Of a stretch of DNA of 64,000 nucleotides, positions 35,805-45,771 are shown one piece after another. Source of the DNA: an uncultured Candidatus Saccharibacteria bacterium (GTDB lineage: Bacteria > Patescibacteriota > Minisyncoccia > Phycocordibacterales > G965230995); NCBI GenBank assembly GCA_965230995.1, contig OZ246398.1, positions 464,213 through 528,212 of the forward strand, given 5' to 3'. Below the pieces are notes generated by a model. The model did no database searches. It was not told the origin of the DNA and was given only the letters and a program-made list of their open reading frames with translations. Position 1 is the first letter of the stretch, and each line of letters opens with the position of its first letter. Made by a program: the position numbers and the translations under genes.

Positions 35805-37850
35805 ATGTCTAATATAGTTACCTTTAAATATAATAAGAATAATTTTGACAAAATTAAGGATTATCATTTTGGAAAAAATTGGCCCGTGGTTTATGTCCTC
35901 GAAAACAAGAAAGAGGTTTATATCGGCCAGACAATAAATGCCTATTATAGAAGTAAACAACATTATGAAAATCCAGAGAGAAGAAAGCTAAGTGAGATTC
36001 ATATTATAACAGATGAGGAGTTTAATGTTTCTGCGACATTGGATATTGAGTCATGGCTCATTCAGTATATTTCCGCAGACGGTAAATATTTATTACAGAA
36101 TGGTAATGGAGGTCTAAGAAATCATAATTATTATGATAGGGTAAAATATGAGACTAAGTTCGAAATCACTTGGAATAAATTGCAGGAAAAGGGTATTGTG
36201 CATAACTCACTACATGACTTGAAGAATAGTGATTTATTTAAATACTCGCCATATAAATCTCTTACAGAAGATCAGTATATAATTTCAAGAGAAATTTTCT
36301 CGGATATTGTAAGTAGCCAGAACAACACAATTATTGTTAATGGAGGTGCTGGTATAGGTAAGACAATACTGGCTACTTATCTGCTTAAGTTTCTAAAGGA
36401 GCAAAAGGAAACAAGCCATCTTTCTATGGCCATTATTGTTCCAATGACACAGTTGCGCCAGTCAATTAAGAAGGTGTTTAAGAACATAAAAGGCTTATCA
36501 CCTGGTATGGTAATAAGCCCAAGTCAGGTAATTGGTGGTAAATATGATTTGGTCATTATAGATGAAGCGCATCGACTCCATCGTCCTTTAAATATTTCAA
36601 ATTTAGGCTCACATTACAAAAACAATGATAAATTAAGATTGTCGAAAAAAGAAGGAACTGAGTTGGATTGGATATTGAAGGAAACAAAAAAGCAAATATT
36701 TTTTTATGATGAAAAACAAACAGTGGGTCCATCTGGGGTTAGGAGTGAAGAATTCAAAAAAATAAATGCTAAAAATTTATTTCTTACAGGTCAAATGCGT
36801 ATTGAAGCTGGTGATGCCTACATTAAATTAATTGATGACTTTTTTAATCTTAGAAAAACAAGAAACAATAGTCTCGGAGAATATGAATTTGAGATTTATG
36901 ATGACATACGAAAATTATTTGATGACATAAAAGAAAGAAATACGAAACACGGTCTCTCTCGTGTTGTTGCTGGCTATGCTTGGCCATGGCATACAAAGCC
37001 CAATAGAAAAAAATCTAAAGATTACGACATAGAGATTGATGGATATAAGGCAGTTTGGAACTCAACAACTAAGGATTGGATGAATTCAAAAAATGCTATA
37101 AATGAAGTTGGGTGTATACATACTGTGCAGGGATATGGACTAAATTATGCTGGGGTTATAATTGGCCCGGAGTTTGGATATGATCCAAAAAGTAAAACTT
37201 TCTTCGTAGATAAGAAAAAATATTTTGACAGAAACGGTAGGGCTGGTGTTCATGATATATTAGAGCTAGAACAATATATTAAAAATATTTATAGAATTTT
37301 ATTAACACGTGGTATAAAGGGAACATATGTTTACGCTGTCGATAAAAATTTGAGAGATTACTTAAAAGATCAATTTAAGTTTAAAAATACTAAAGAAATT
37401 ATCAAAAGCAACAATATTAATAAAGAAAAAATACTTTCTCCATACGCAAATAACTATATTAATGTACCGTTAGTAGGATCTGCGCCTTGCGGAAATCCAT
37501 TATTGGGTGAAGAAAATATAGAAGATTATATTAAGGTAAAAAAAGAAAAAATAAAAATTGGATACAAATATTTTATTGTTAGGGCAGTTGGTGATTCCAT
37601 GAATATAGCTGGAATCAATGATCAAGATTTGGTTCTTTGTCGGTATTCGGAAAAGGGAGAAACTGGTGATAAGGTAATTGCGTTGTTGGGTGGTGAGAAT
37701 GTTACTATAAAGTTTTACGATAAAAGTGGAGATCGAAGAATACTACTACCAAAAAGCAGTAACCCAATACATAAACCAATTGTCCCAGAAGAGGGAGATA
37801 TTGTCCAGGGTGTAGTGCAGGAAGTTTTACCTCCTACTAATTTAAATTAA
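35805..37850 (+). CDS. GIY-YIG + DUF2075 (Schlafen group 3-like helicase) + C-terminal LexA-type S24 peptidase fusion
   Basis: WPVVY..VYIGQT..R..QH; GGAGIGKT, IIDEAHRL, QMR, VAGYAWPW, GCIHTVQG, LLTRG; VPLVGSAPCG, GDSM, VTIK. Confidence 0.85.
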   Translation: MSNIVTFKYNKNNFDKIKDYHFGKNWPVVYVLENKKEVYIGQTINAYYRSKQHYENPERRKLSEIHIITDEEFNVSATLDIESWLIQYISADGKYLLQNGNGGLRNHNYYDRVKYETKFEITWNKLQEKGIVHNSLHDLKNSDLFKYSPYKSLTEDQYIISREIFSDIVSSQNNTIIVNGGAGIGKTILATYLLKFLKEQKETSHLSMAIIVPMTQLRQSIKKVFKNIKGLSPGMVISPSQVIGGKYDLVIIDEAHRLHRPLNISNLGSHYKNNDKLRLSKKEGTELDWILKETKKQIFFYDEKQTVGPSGVRSEEFKKINAKNLFLTGQMRIEAGDAYIKLIDDFFNLRKTRNNSLGEYEFEIYDDIRKLFDDIKERNTKHGLSRVVAGYAWPWHTKPNRKKSKDYDIEIDGYKAVWNSTTKDWMNSKNAINEVGCIHTVQGYGLNYAGVIIGPEFGYDPKSKTFFVDKKKYFDRNGRAGVHDILELEQYIKNIYRILLTRGIKGTYVYAVDKNLRDYLKDQFKFKNTKEIIKSNNINKEKILSPYANNYINVPLVGSAPCGNPLLGEENIEDYIKVKKEKIKIGYKYFIVRAVGDSMNIAGINDQDLVLCRYSEKGETGDKVIALLGGENVTIKFYDKSGDRRILLPKSSNPIHKPIVPEEGDIVQGVVQEVLPPTNLN

Positions 37851-37973
37851 AAAAAGTTAGCCCCTGCGGGTGCAGGGGCATGGACAACGAACGGGGCAAA
37901 ACGAACGAACGGGCGCCAGTTTGGTGGTTCCTAGCTCACCAAGCGAAGGAGTAAACGACAGGCCTGTTTACAC

Positions 37974-38567
37974 CTAGACCGGAGTGGAAGTGAACCACTT
38001 CCAGTGGAGAATGTGCATCGGGCTCACATTCTGATCTGGCAGGTCGGTGCGCGGCGTAGTGAGAACCATTTTGCGGTAATCATCCCAATACGCACGCTCC
38101 ATCTCCAGATAGGTGTTTCGGCATGCACCGGGGTTCTTGTCTATCTCGGCCCTAAGTGAGGACACGAGATCATCCAAGGTTTCGTGTACAGCGGGGTCTG
38201 CGGAGAATTCGTCCTGAGGTATGGTTGGCGTCTGTTGGTTTTGCCAACCCTTACTTACCACATCACGACGAGCGGTTTGCAACAATGCAAAGCAACTCTC
38301 CGTTGTGATTGGTGATGCGTTGTCGTCAGTCCAACACGAGGTAGCCCCGATGCTGTTCGGCATGTTACGCCTTCCGTTGAACCTGACGTCGAGAAGGCAA
38401 GCCCTGAGCTGAATGAGCTGGTGAATGTAGCAAGGACGTGCCGGAACAAGACCGTCTGCGGTCTTCTTCGAGAGAATCTTTACGCAAAGTCTCTCCAGTG
38501 GTCCTTGCATTACTTCCCGGACCCCATCCATGGGTCGTGAGTCACGGTGGTCGATGAGATTGCTCAT
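37974..38567 (-). CDS. GC-rich orphan protein (197 aa), paralog of 38734-39330
   Basis: AAGGAGG SD, own promoter-like sequence and hairpin (37860-37879). Confidence 0.75.
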   Translation of the reverse strand: MSNLIDHRDSRPMDGVREVMQGPLERLCVKILSKKTADGLVPARPCYIHQLIQLRACLLDVRFNGRRNMPNSIGATSCWTDDNASPITTESCFALLQTARRDVVSKGWQNQQTPTIPQDEFSADPAVHETLDDLVSSLRAEIDKNPGACRNTYLEMERAYWDDYRKMVLTTPRTDLPDQNVSPMHILHWKWFTSTPV

Positions 38568-38733
38568 ATAGTCCTCCTTCGCAAGTTGTGGTTTCTCGGT
38601 TGTGTGTTCTATGACAAAACAGTTCTATTTCAACACTATCACCATTCATATTTCAAGACAATATATATAAAAAGCGCCCCTCTACGTGAGAGGGGCGGGT
38701 GACACGGGGACGAGAACGGTGGTGCGGTGAAAA

Positions 38734-39330
38734 CTACTTCAGCTCAATCAGGTCGTGATCCACCATGTGCAACGCTGAGACCATGCGGACCCTCAGGTCA
38801 GCCCTGACCGGCAGGAGCTTTTCCTTGATCTTGTTCCAGTAGTTGAGTTCAGCCATGAGTGCTTGGAATTGATCGGGAGTAAGTTCCAGATCGTCCGTTG
38901 TGGCAATGAGAACGCCCACAATGGCATCAATAACCAAGTGGACAATCTGGTTTGCCCAGAACTTCTCCTTCTTGATCACGATGTGAGGAATCGGCGCCGA
39001 CGCGTCATGGGGGTGGCTGGCCAAGTGCTTTTGATGAGCGTGATCAGTGTGGATCAGGATACCCCGGCCACTCGAAGGGAAAAGAGCAAAAGAAGAACTT
39101 GGCGGTTCAAGCTCAGCATTCTTATATAGCTCGTGACCCCTGGCCTGCATCATGTTGTAGAGGACACAGAGGTGAACAGGGAAACGAGGACCTCTGCTTA
39201 CCCTGGTCATATTGTCCAACAAAAGATTGCAGACCCAGTCAAATTGATCCTCCAAGACATCAATCACGAGGGGTAGTGGTTCCAGTTCAAGTCGACGCAA
39301 CACCTCGAGGTCTGTTGTAGGTCCAGACAT
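38734..39330 (-). CDS. GC-rich orphan protein (198 aa), paralog of 37974-38567
   Basis: GGGAG SD, shared leader motif, hairpin 38675-38697. Confidence 0.75.
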   Translation of the reverse strand: MSGPTTDLEVLRRLELEPLPLVIDVLEDQFDWVCNLLLDNMTRVSRGPRFPVHLCVLYNMMQARGHELYKNAELEPPSSSFALFPSSGRGILIHTDHAHQKHLASHPHDASAPIPHIVIKKEKFWANQIVHLVIDAIVGVLIATTDDLELTPDQFQALMAELNYWNKIKEKLLPVRADLRVRMVSALHMVDHDLIELK

Positions 39331-39444
39331 GGCTTTCTCCCGTTATGGTTTAGCACTGTGACAGAACGGTTCTATATCAACATTAGCACTGTTACAAAAT
39401 CATCTAAATATTGACGAAATGCTGTGGTGATTTATAATAAAGGG

Positions 39445-39503
39445 ATGATAACACGAAAATAGCTTAACATTATAAATTAAGTACCGCGCAGCGGTTTTCG
39501 TGT
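39445..39503 (+). promoter_or_regulatory. Leader uORF (MITRK) and stem adjoining the ABC-F start codon
   Basis: ATGATAACACGAAAATAG at 39445-39462; ACACGAAAA (39451-39459) is complementary to TTTTCGTGT (39495-39503). Confidence 0.55.
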
Positions 39504-40937
39504 ATGCAAAAGCAAAAAAACGCACAATCTATTATTTTATCGTGTACTCATCTATCAAAAAAATTCGAAGATCTTGAAGTCCTAAAGGATGTTTCTTTTA
39601 CTGTCCACAAAGGAGAAAAAATTGGTTTGGTTGGTCCAAATGGTTCTGGCAAAAGTACATTGCTAAAAATAATTGCTGGTGAAATTAAAAATGATTCCGG
39701 TTCTGTCACTTTTGGTCAAAATATTAAAATAGAATATTTTCCTCAAGTCAGATTATCGCAGGATGAACAAAGCGGTGGTGAAATAGCAAAGAAAATACTT
39801 GCACCTATAATGGCGTCTTCTGCTGATCTGTTTCTGTTAGATGAACCAACAAATGATTTGGACGAGGATGGTCTGTCTATGGTTGAAAAATTTGTCACGG
39901 GAAGTGATAAAAGTTTTTTGATTATTTCTCACGATAGAATGTTTCTCGACAAAACAGTTTCGAAGATTATTGAAATCGACGAGACGACGAGAACTAATTT
40001 TATCTACGACGGAGGATATTCAGATTATGCTATAGAAAAATTAAACAAAATTGAAAGACAATGGAAAAATTATTCAGATAAAGCAGAAAAGCAAGAAAAG
40101 CTTCAGAGTACGACAAAACAAAAAGACGATTGGGTAAGGGAAATTGAAAAAAAGAGAAAAAATATCAAAAAACTGGCAATTCACGAAAAGGAAAAGCCAA
40201 ATGCTGCCGATTTGCGAGACGCCGAAGCGAGAGCCTCGAGACGTGCTGTAGTAATGAAGAGAAAGCTGGAAAGGTTTGTCGAAAAAACAAAAGACATAGA
40301 AAAGCCAAAAAGATTGTTGCCATTACATATTGATTTTGAAACAACACGAGGAAGTACGATTGTGTTTGAATTGAAAGACGTCGTAAAGAAAATTGGTGAT
40401 AAAGAAATTGGTCCGTTTAATTTTGTAATCCAATACGGGCAACGGCTGCATATTACTGGTCCAAACGGTTCGGGAAAAAGTACATTGATTAAAATGCTAC
40501 TTTCAGAAATAAAAAACGATTCTGGAAATATTAAAATAGGAAATGATGTAACTGTTGGCTACATACCTCAGGAAAGATCAAAAAATTTAATTGGCAAAAA
40601 CCCAGTCGAGCATTTTTTGAATTCGGTTTCTGGAATACCAGAGACAGATGCGAGAAAAATTCTCAATCGTTTTAGGATTAACGGCGAAGATGTAAAAAAA
40701 GACATATCACAGCTAAGCCCTGGTGAATATTCACGTTTGCTCATTGCGGAACTTGTTGCAAAAAAACCGAATTGCATAATTTTGGACGAGCCGAGCAACC
40801 ATTTGGATCTCGAAGTCCTAGAAGAGCTCGAGAGTGGTCTTGTGGAATATAAAGGAACGCTAATTGTGGTTAGTCACGACAGATATATGACAGAAAAATT
40901 AAACCTTGAAAAAAGTATCTATATAGAAAAGTGTTGA
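39504..40937 (+). CDS. ABC-F family ATPase (ribosome-associated, possibly ribosomal-protection type)
   Basis: Two GPNGSGKST, LLDEPTNDLD/ILDEPSNHLD, ISHDR/VSHDR, no TM, long interdomain linker. Confidence 0.88.
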   Translation: MQKQKNAQSIILSCTHLSKKFEDLEVLKDVSFTVHKGEKIGLVGPNGSGKSTLLKIIAGEIKNDSGSVTFGQNIKIEYFPQVRLSQDEQSGGEIAKKILAPIMASSADLFLLDEPTNDLDEDGLSMVEKFVTGSDKSFLIISHDRMFLDKTVSKIIEIDETTRTNFIYDGGYSDYAIEKLNKIERQWKNYSDKAEKQEKLQSTTKQKDDWVREIEKKRKNIKKLAIHEKEKPNAADLRDAEARASRRAVVMKRKLERFVEKTKDIEKPKRLLPLHIDFETTRGSTIVFELKDVVKKIGDKEIGPFNFVIQYGQRLHITGPNGSGKSTLIKMLLSEIKNDSGNIKIGNDVTVGYIPQERSKNLIGKNPVEHFLNSVSGIPETDARKILNRFRINGEDVKKDISQLSPGEYSRLLIAELVAKKPNCIILDEPSNHLDLEVLEELESGLVEYKGTLIVVSHDRYMTEKLNLEKSIYIEKC

Positions 40938-41010
40938 AAATAAATTGTGTTTGGCTATTTCTTTTAATCGATTAATTCTGATAATCTATATGCATAAATA
41001 ATAAAACAAT

Positions 41011-41526
41011 ATGTATAATATTCATCCGATTTTTGTCCATTTTCCGATAGCTCTCTTGTGTTTATATTCGATTATAAAAATACTTCCATTAAAAAAATGG
41101 TTGCCAAAGATTGCGTGGGCGGACGTGGGTTTTGTTGTGTTGCTGGTAGGTGTTTTGGGTGCTTTTAGTGCACTTTTAACAGGAGAAGTAGCAGAGGATA
41201 TTGTTAGGACAAGTCATAAATTAGTCGAACTGCATTCGTCTTTTGCTGTCGGTGCCACTTGGCTTTATGGGGCGTTGCTTGTAGGGGAATTATCTAGAAT
41301 TATATTGTCACTGCAGATTATTGAAAAACCAGCATTAGTAAATGTTAAAAAAGGTCTTACTATTCTTAAAAAAATATTCTATGCTGACCTTTTTGCAAAG
41401 GTACTTTCTGTTTTGGCACTGCTTGCAATTACGATGACCGGTCTTTTGGGTGGGGCAATTGTTTACGGTACAACTGCGGATCCGTTTACGGGTATTGTGT
41501 TAAAAATGTTTGGTATTTTTATTTAA
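41011..41526 (+). CDS. DUF2231-like membrane protein
   Basis: HPIFVHFPIALL; TG..A; H; TG.LGG..VYG. Confidence 0.75.
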   Translation: MYNIHPIFVHFPIALLCLYSIIKILPLKKWLPKIAWADVGFVVLLVGVLGAFSALLTGEVAEDIVRTSHKLVELHSSFAVGATWLYGALLVGELSRIILSLQIIEKPALVNVKKGLTILKKIFYADLFAKVLSVLALLAITMTGLLGGAIVYGTTADPFTGIVLKMFGIFI

Positions 41527-41532
41527 AATTGT

Positions 41533-42942
41533 CTAAAAAAGTATATTTAGGATAACTCCTTTTATCGTAATATAAGCAAAATATATGAAGAACAAGGATA
41601 TTGCTGTCATTATGATATTTGTAATCGTGTTAGGACGAAGCTCTCTTGGAAGTTTTGTATTGTTTAGATAAATAAGTAGTGGTGTATAAATTGCCATTGT
41701 GAGACCCCCGAGAACTCCTGATACAGTGAGCCATGTTAGTGGTTGATTGTGTGGAATTAGAATTGCACCAATCAAAACAACAAAAATGACTATTGCATAA
41801 TACATATGCGAAAGACTGTATTTTTTTATATGTCTAAAAATTGAATCCGGATGAGCGAGGTGTGTGTTTGTATATATAATATCGCTAACAATTCTCGCAA
41901 GTGCGTCTATAACAGTCCACATAACTGAAAATAGCATAAGGAATGCCATCACAAGAAAAAGTTTAAAACCAAATACTCCCCACAGATCACCAAAAATGTT
42001 TGCTTGTACCACAGCAATTTGCATACCTTCTGGGACTAGACCTTTTGGTGTAAGTACAGCATAGGCATTTAAGGAAAGCAAAATTAATGTGAGAAAACCA
42101 AGAAGCCAAAAAACGAGACCTTGATCAATTCGAACATAACGCATCCAGCCTTTCCATTTTTTCAAATTTTCTTCATTTATTGGAAACGTATGTCCGATAG
42201 GGGAAACAGCTTCGGTTTTTCCTGTAATTGGGTTTGCTATTCTACCTGAATAATGACCCATACCATTTCCTTTGTCTCGATACCAGAGAGAAATACAAAG
42301 ATTGAGCATTCCGCCAGCACCAGCAAATACAACAGCAGTAAGAAGTGTATTCATCGGAACATCTGCGGGAATACTTCCGATATTAAACAAGCCTTTGATT
42401 GCAAGTTTTAATGTCTCTGCATCAATATTAAAGAAACTAAAACCGAGCAATATCAAAAAGAAAAGTGGAACGATAATCTTGAGGGTTTTTTCAAGCATTC
42501 CATAAGCCATTTTTCCACTAAAGGTAAGGATCAGTACCAGAGCAAGGGCGACATATGCCCAAGAATTATTTGTTCCAAAACCAAAAAGTCCGTTTAAGGT
42601 TGTTCCGATAGAACCAGCCCATCCCGGCCAAATATACAAAAGTATTGCAGAGGGTAACCAAAAAATTGGTATCCATTTAATTAATCTTGCAGAAGATGTA
42701 AAAAAGCTTTCTCCTGTTGCTAATGTATGTCTTGCGACTTCTTGGTTTATAAAAAACTGACAAGAAATACCGATTAATGCAAGCCATAATAAATCAAGCC
42801 CATATTTTGTAACCAAGTGTGGCCAGAGAATTAATTCTCCTGTGCCCATCGCAAGACCCATCACTACAATTCCAACACCGACGGCTTTTGTCCAATGTGG
42901 TGGATTTGGCAAATCTTTTGTTCCAAGTTTTGGATATATCAT
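41533..42942 (-). CDS. Nramp-related (APC superfamily) transporter
   Basis: G.GIV..GLAMGTGELILWP...YG, R..LATGE, about 11 TM segments. Confidence 0.8.
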   Translation of the reverse strand: MIYPKLGTKDLPNPPHWTKAVGVGIVVMGLAMGTGELILWPHLVTKYGLDLLWLALIGISCQFFINQEVARHTLATGESFFTSSARLIKWIPIFWLPSAILLYIWPGWAGSIGTTLNGLFGFGTNNSWAYVALALVLILTFSGKMAYGMLEKTLKIIVPLFFLILLGFSFFNIDAETLKLAIKGLFNIGSIPADVPMNTLLTAVVFAGAGGMLNLCISLWYRDKGNGMGHYSGRIANPITGKTEAVSPIGHTFPINEENLKKWKGWMRYVRIDQGLVFWLLGFLTLILLSLNAYAVLTPKGLVPEGMQIAVVQANIFGDLWGVFGFKLFLVMAFLMLFSVMWTVIDALARIVSDIIYTNTHLAHPDSIFRHIKKYSLSHMYYAIVIFVVLIGAILIPHNQPLTWLTVSGVLGGLTMAIYTPLLIYLNNTKLPRELRPNTITNIIMTAISLFFIYFAYITIKGVILNILF

Positions 42943-42995
42943 AGAAAAATTATAGCACGAATTTTGCGAAGCAAAATTCGTGCTAAAATATAAAC

Positions 42996-43517
42996 ATGAT
43001 GTACAAAATAGGTGACGTTGTTTCTGTTAATAACAAAATGCAAAAGGGATATTCTTTTGTAATTTCAGAAAAAGAAGGTCAAAATTTTCATCCAGATTTT
43101 CGCCCGGATCTTTCTCCAAAGGAAATGCTCGAAATAGGTGTCTTTGGCGGAAAATATATGAGCGATATGCCAAGCGAATATCCAAAAGATTGGTTTAAAA
43201 ATGCAAAACTTACAACTGACGGAAAAAGACACGAGGAATTGAATTTTTTCAAAATAAATGCAAGTCAACCTCTATCTGTTTGGAGGAAAAAAGGATGGAT
43301 AAATGAAATGGACCCACGCGGTTGGTTTGAATGGTATTGCAGATATTATCTCGGAAGAAGAGAAAAAGACGAAGACGAAAGGCAAATAAAACGCTGGAAG
43401 GCCATAAAAAGACATATTGGCCAAATTGTAAAAAACTGCAAGGCTGGAGATCAGTTTTGCCGTCCAAAACAGAAACAGGCTATTCTCCACTGGGCATATG
43501 ACAGTAGAAAAATGTGA
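42996..43517 (+). CDS. Conserved hypothetical protein
   Basis: LSPKEML..GVFGGKY, W...GWI...DPRGWFEWYCRYYLGRR..ED.RQIKRW, Q.ILHWAYD. Confidence 0.8.
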   Translation: MMYKIGDVVSVNNKMQKGYSFVISEKEGQNFHPDFRPDLSPKEMLEIGVFGGKYMSDMPSEYPKDWFKNAKLTTDGKRHEELNFFKINASQPLSVWRKKGWINEMDPRGWFEWYCRYYLGRREKDEDERQIKRWKAIKRHIGQIVKNCKAGDQFCRPKQKQAILHWAYDSRKM

Positions 43518-43530
43518 TATAATTTGATCT

Positions 43531-44061
43531 ATGACAACAACAGATCCAGCAAAAATCGCACAATTAAAAGCAAATGTAGAAAGAATCAAGTCGGAAATTA
43601 CATCACTCGATCAACAAATGAGTGTTGCTAAAAATAAACTAACACAAGTCGAACAAGAAAAATCAGAAAAGGAAAAATTAACACAGACAGTAGAGCAGTC
43701 CATAAGAACACAAGAACAAGTTAAACAACAAATTGACGGCGAGATATACACAAAAAAACAGCAGATTGAAAGGGAACAGGAACAGTTTAGGAGAGATATC
43801 GAGAATCAAATTAATGTAAAAAAACGACAGTTTGAAGTAATGCTAGATCAATTCAAAAAAGATGCCGAAAATAGAAAGAATAGTATTGTACGAGAAATTG
43901 ACAAATTGAGGACTGATTTAAGCAATGCAAAAAGTGGGACAGGTAGTCTAGATACAAAAAGGAGGCTGGCAGATGGAGAAATAGAGAAAATTGAAAGTCA
44001 AAAAGATAATAAAAAAAGAGAATTAGCAGCAGCTGAAATGGAATTGAGAAAAGCCGCCTAG
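43531..44061 (+). CDS. Coiled-coil protein
   Basis: Heptad Q/E/K-rich sequence throughout. Confidence 0.75.
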   Translation: MTTTDPAKIAQLKANVERIKSEITSLDQQMSVAKNKLTQVEQEKSEKEKLTQTVEQSIRTQEQVKQQIDGEIYTKKQQIEREQEQFRRDIENQINVKKRQFEVMLDQFKKDAENRKNSIVREIDKLRTDLSNAKSGTGSLDTKRRLADGEIEKIESQKDNKKRELAAAEMELRKAA

Positions 44062-44086
44062 TTTTGTTTTGAAATAGAATTCCATA

Positions 44087-45757
44087 ATGAATCAAAAAAC
44101 CGCCCTAGACATACTCAAAGCCGGTAGAAATGTCTATCTGACTGGACCAGCTGGAAGCGGAAAAACATATGTCATACGCCAGTATGTTGAATATTTAAAA
44201 CAAAGGGGAGTCGGGGTAGCAATTACTGCTTCGACTGGTATTGCCGCAACTCATATTGGTGGTGTGACTATACATTCTTGGTCGGGGATTGGTCTCCGTG
44301 ATTTTTTGTCTTCATATCATATTGATGAATTAACAGAAAAAGAATATCTATTTAAAAGATATGAAAAAACAAAGGTGCTCGTAATTGATGAAATATCAAT
44401 GCTACACCCTAATATGCTCGACGGCATTGATAGAATTGCCAGAGCAATGAAAGGTAGTGATCAGCCTTTCGGAGGAATTCAGATTGTCTTGTCTGGAGAT
44501 TTTTTTCAATTACCGCCAATAGTGAGAGGAGAAGAAGAATTAGCTTTTGTCACAAAATCAAAAGCGTGGAAGGAATCAGATATCCGAATTTGCTATCTCG
44601 AGGAACAATGGCGACAAAATGATTCGTCACTTGAAAGAATTTTAAATGAAATGAGAAGCGGGGAAGTTTCTGTCGAAACGAAGGAATTGCTTTCTCAGTA
44701 TTCCGAAGACAAAAATATTGGTGATTTTGTACCAACAAGGCTTTTTACACACAACAGAAATGTTGATGAATTAAATGCTGTAGAATTATCAAAACTACCT
44801 GGAGACACTTATCAATATGAAATGCATAGTAAGGGCAAGAAACATATTGTAGAAAATATTATAAAAGGTATTTTAGCTCCAGAGGTATTGTCTCTAAAGA
44901 AAAATGCAGTCGTAATGTTTGTAAAAAATAATTTTGAAGAAGGGTACGTTAATGGAACCTTGGGTGTAGTCGAGGAATTCGATGAAAACGATATGCCAGA
45001 AGTTAGAACTTTTAAAGGTGATTTGATAAAAGTATCGGGAGCAAAATGGATTATCGAAGAAAATGGAAAAGTTCTTGGGGAAGTGACACAGTTGCCTCTA
45101 CGTCTCGCGTGGGCGATTACAATACACAAAAGCCAAGGAATGACATTGGATTGTGCTGAAATTGATCTCTCCGAAGCGTTCGTCCCTGGGCAGGGTTATG
45201 TGGCTCTTTCTAGATTGCGTTCCCTAGAGGGGCTTGTTTTGAGGGGTGCAAATGATATTGCTTTTATGGTTCATCCAAATGTGCTCAAGATGGATATTTC
45301 TCTGAAGAAAGAATCAAACAAATGGGAAAAGGTAATAGCTAGATTTTCTGATGCAGAAATTACCGAAATGCATAATGATTTTATAATAAAATGTGGGGGA
45401 ACTGTTGATGAAAAAGAAATTGAAAAAAACAAGAATAAAGAAAACGAAGCTATGCCAGAGAAGGTCTCTACTTATGAAAAAACCAAGCTCCTAATTTTAG
45501 AAAAAAAGTCATTGCAAGAAATGGCAGATCAAAGGGGAATGACTATTGGTACTATTATATCCCACATAGAAAAACTATCTGAAAAAGGAGAAGATTTGGA
45601 TATTTCATATCTAAGACCAAAAGAAGCTGATTTAAAAAAGATAAAAAGTGCTTTTGCAAAGAGTAAAGATGATAAACTAACACCGGTATGGAAAAAGTTA
45701 AAAGGAAAATATTCGTTCGAAGAACTGCGTATAGCAAAATTATTTATTAAAAAATGA
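44087..45757 (+). CDS. Pif1-family 5'-3' helicase with C-terminal HTH
   Basis: TGPAGSGKT, ASTGIAA, TIHSWSG, IDEISM, GDFFQLPP, AWAITIHKSQG, YVALSR. Confidence 0.92.
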   Translation: MNQKTALDILKAGRNVYLTGPAGSGKTYVIRQYVEYLKQRGVGVAITASTGIAATHIGGVTIHSWSGIGLRDFLSSYHIDELTEKEYLFKRYEKTKVLVIDEISMLHPNMLDGIDRIARAMKGSDQPFGGIQIVLSGDFFQLPPIVRGEEELAFVTKSKAWKESDIRICYLEEQWRQNDSSLERILNEMRSGEVSVETKELLSQYSEDKNIGDFVPTRLFTHNRNVDELNAVELSKLPGDTYQYEMHSKGKKHIVENIIKGILAPEVLSLKKNAVVMFVKNNFEEGYVNGTLGVVEEFDENDMPEVRTFKGDLIKVSGAKWIIEENGKVLGEVTQLPLRLAWAITIHKSQGMTLDCAEIDLSEAFVPGQGYVALSRLRSLEGLVLRGANDIAFMVHPNVLKMDISLKKESNKWEKVIARFSDAEITEMHNDFIIKCGGTVDEKEIEKNKNKENEAMPEKVSTYEKTKLLILEKKSLQEMADQRGMTIGTIISHIEKLSEKGEDLDISYLRPKEADLKKIKSAFAKSKDDKLTPVWKKLKGKYSFEELRIAKLFIKK

Positions 45758-45771
45758 TATAATATTTTTAT

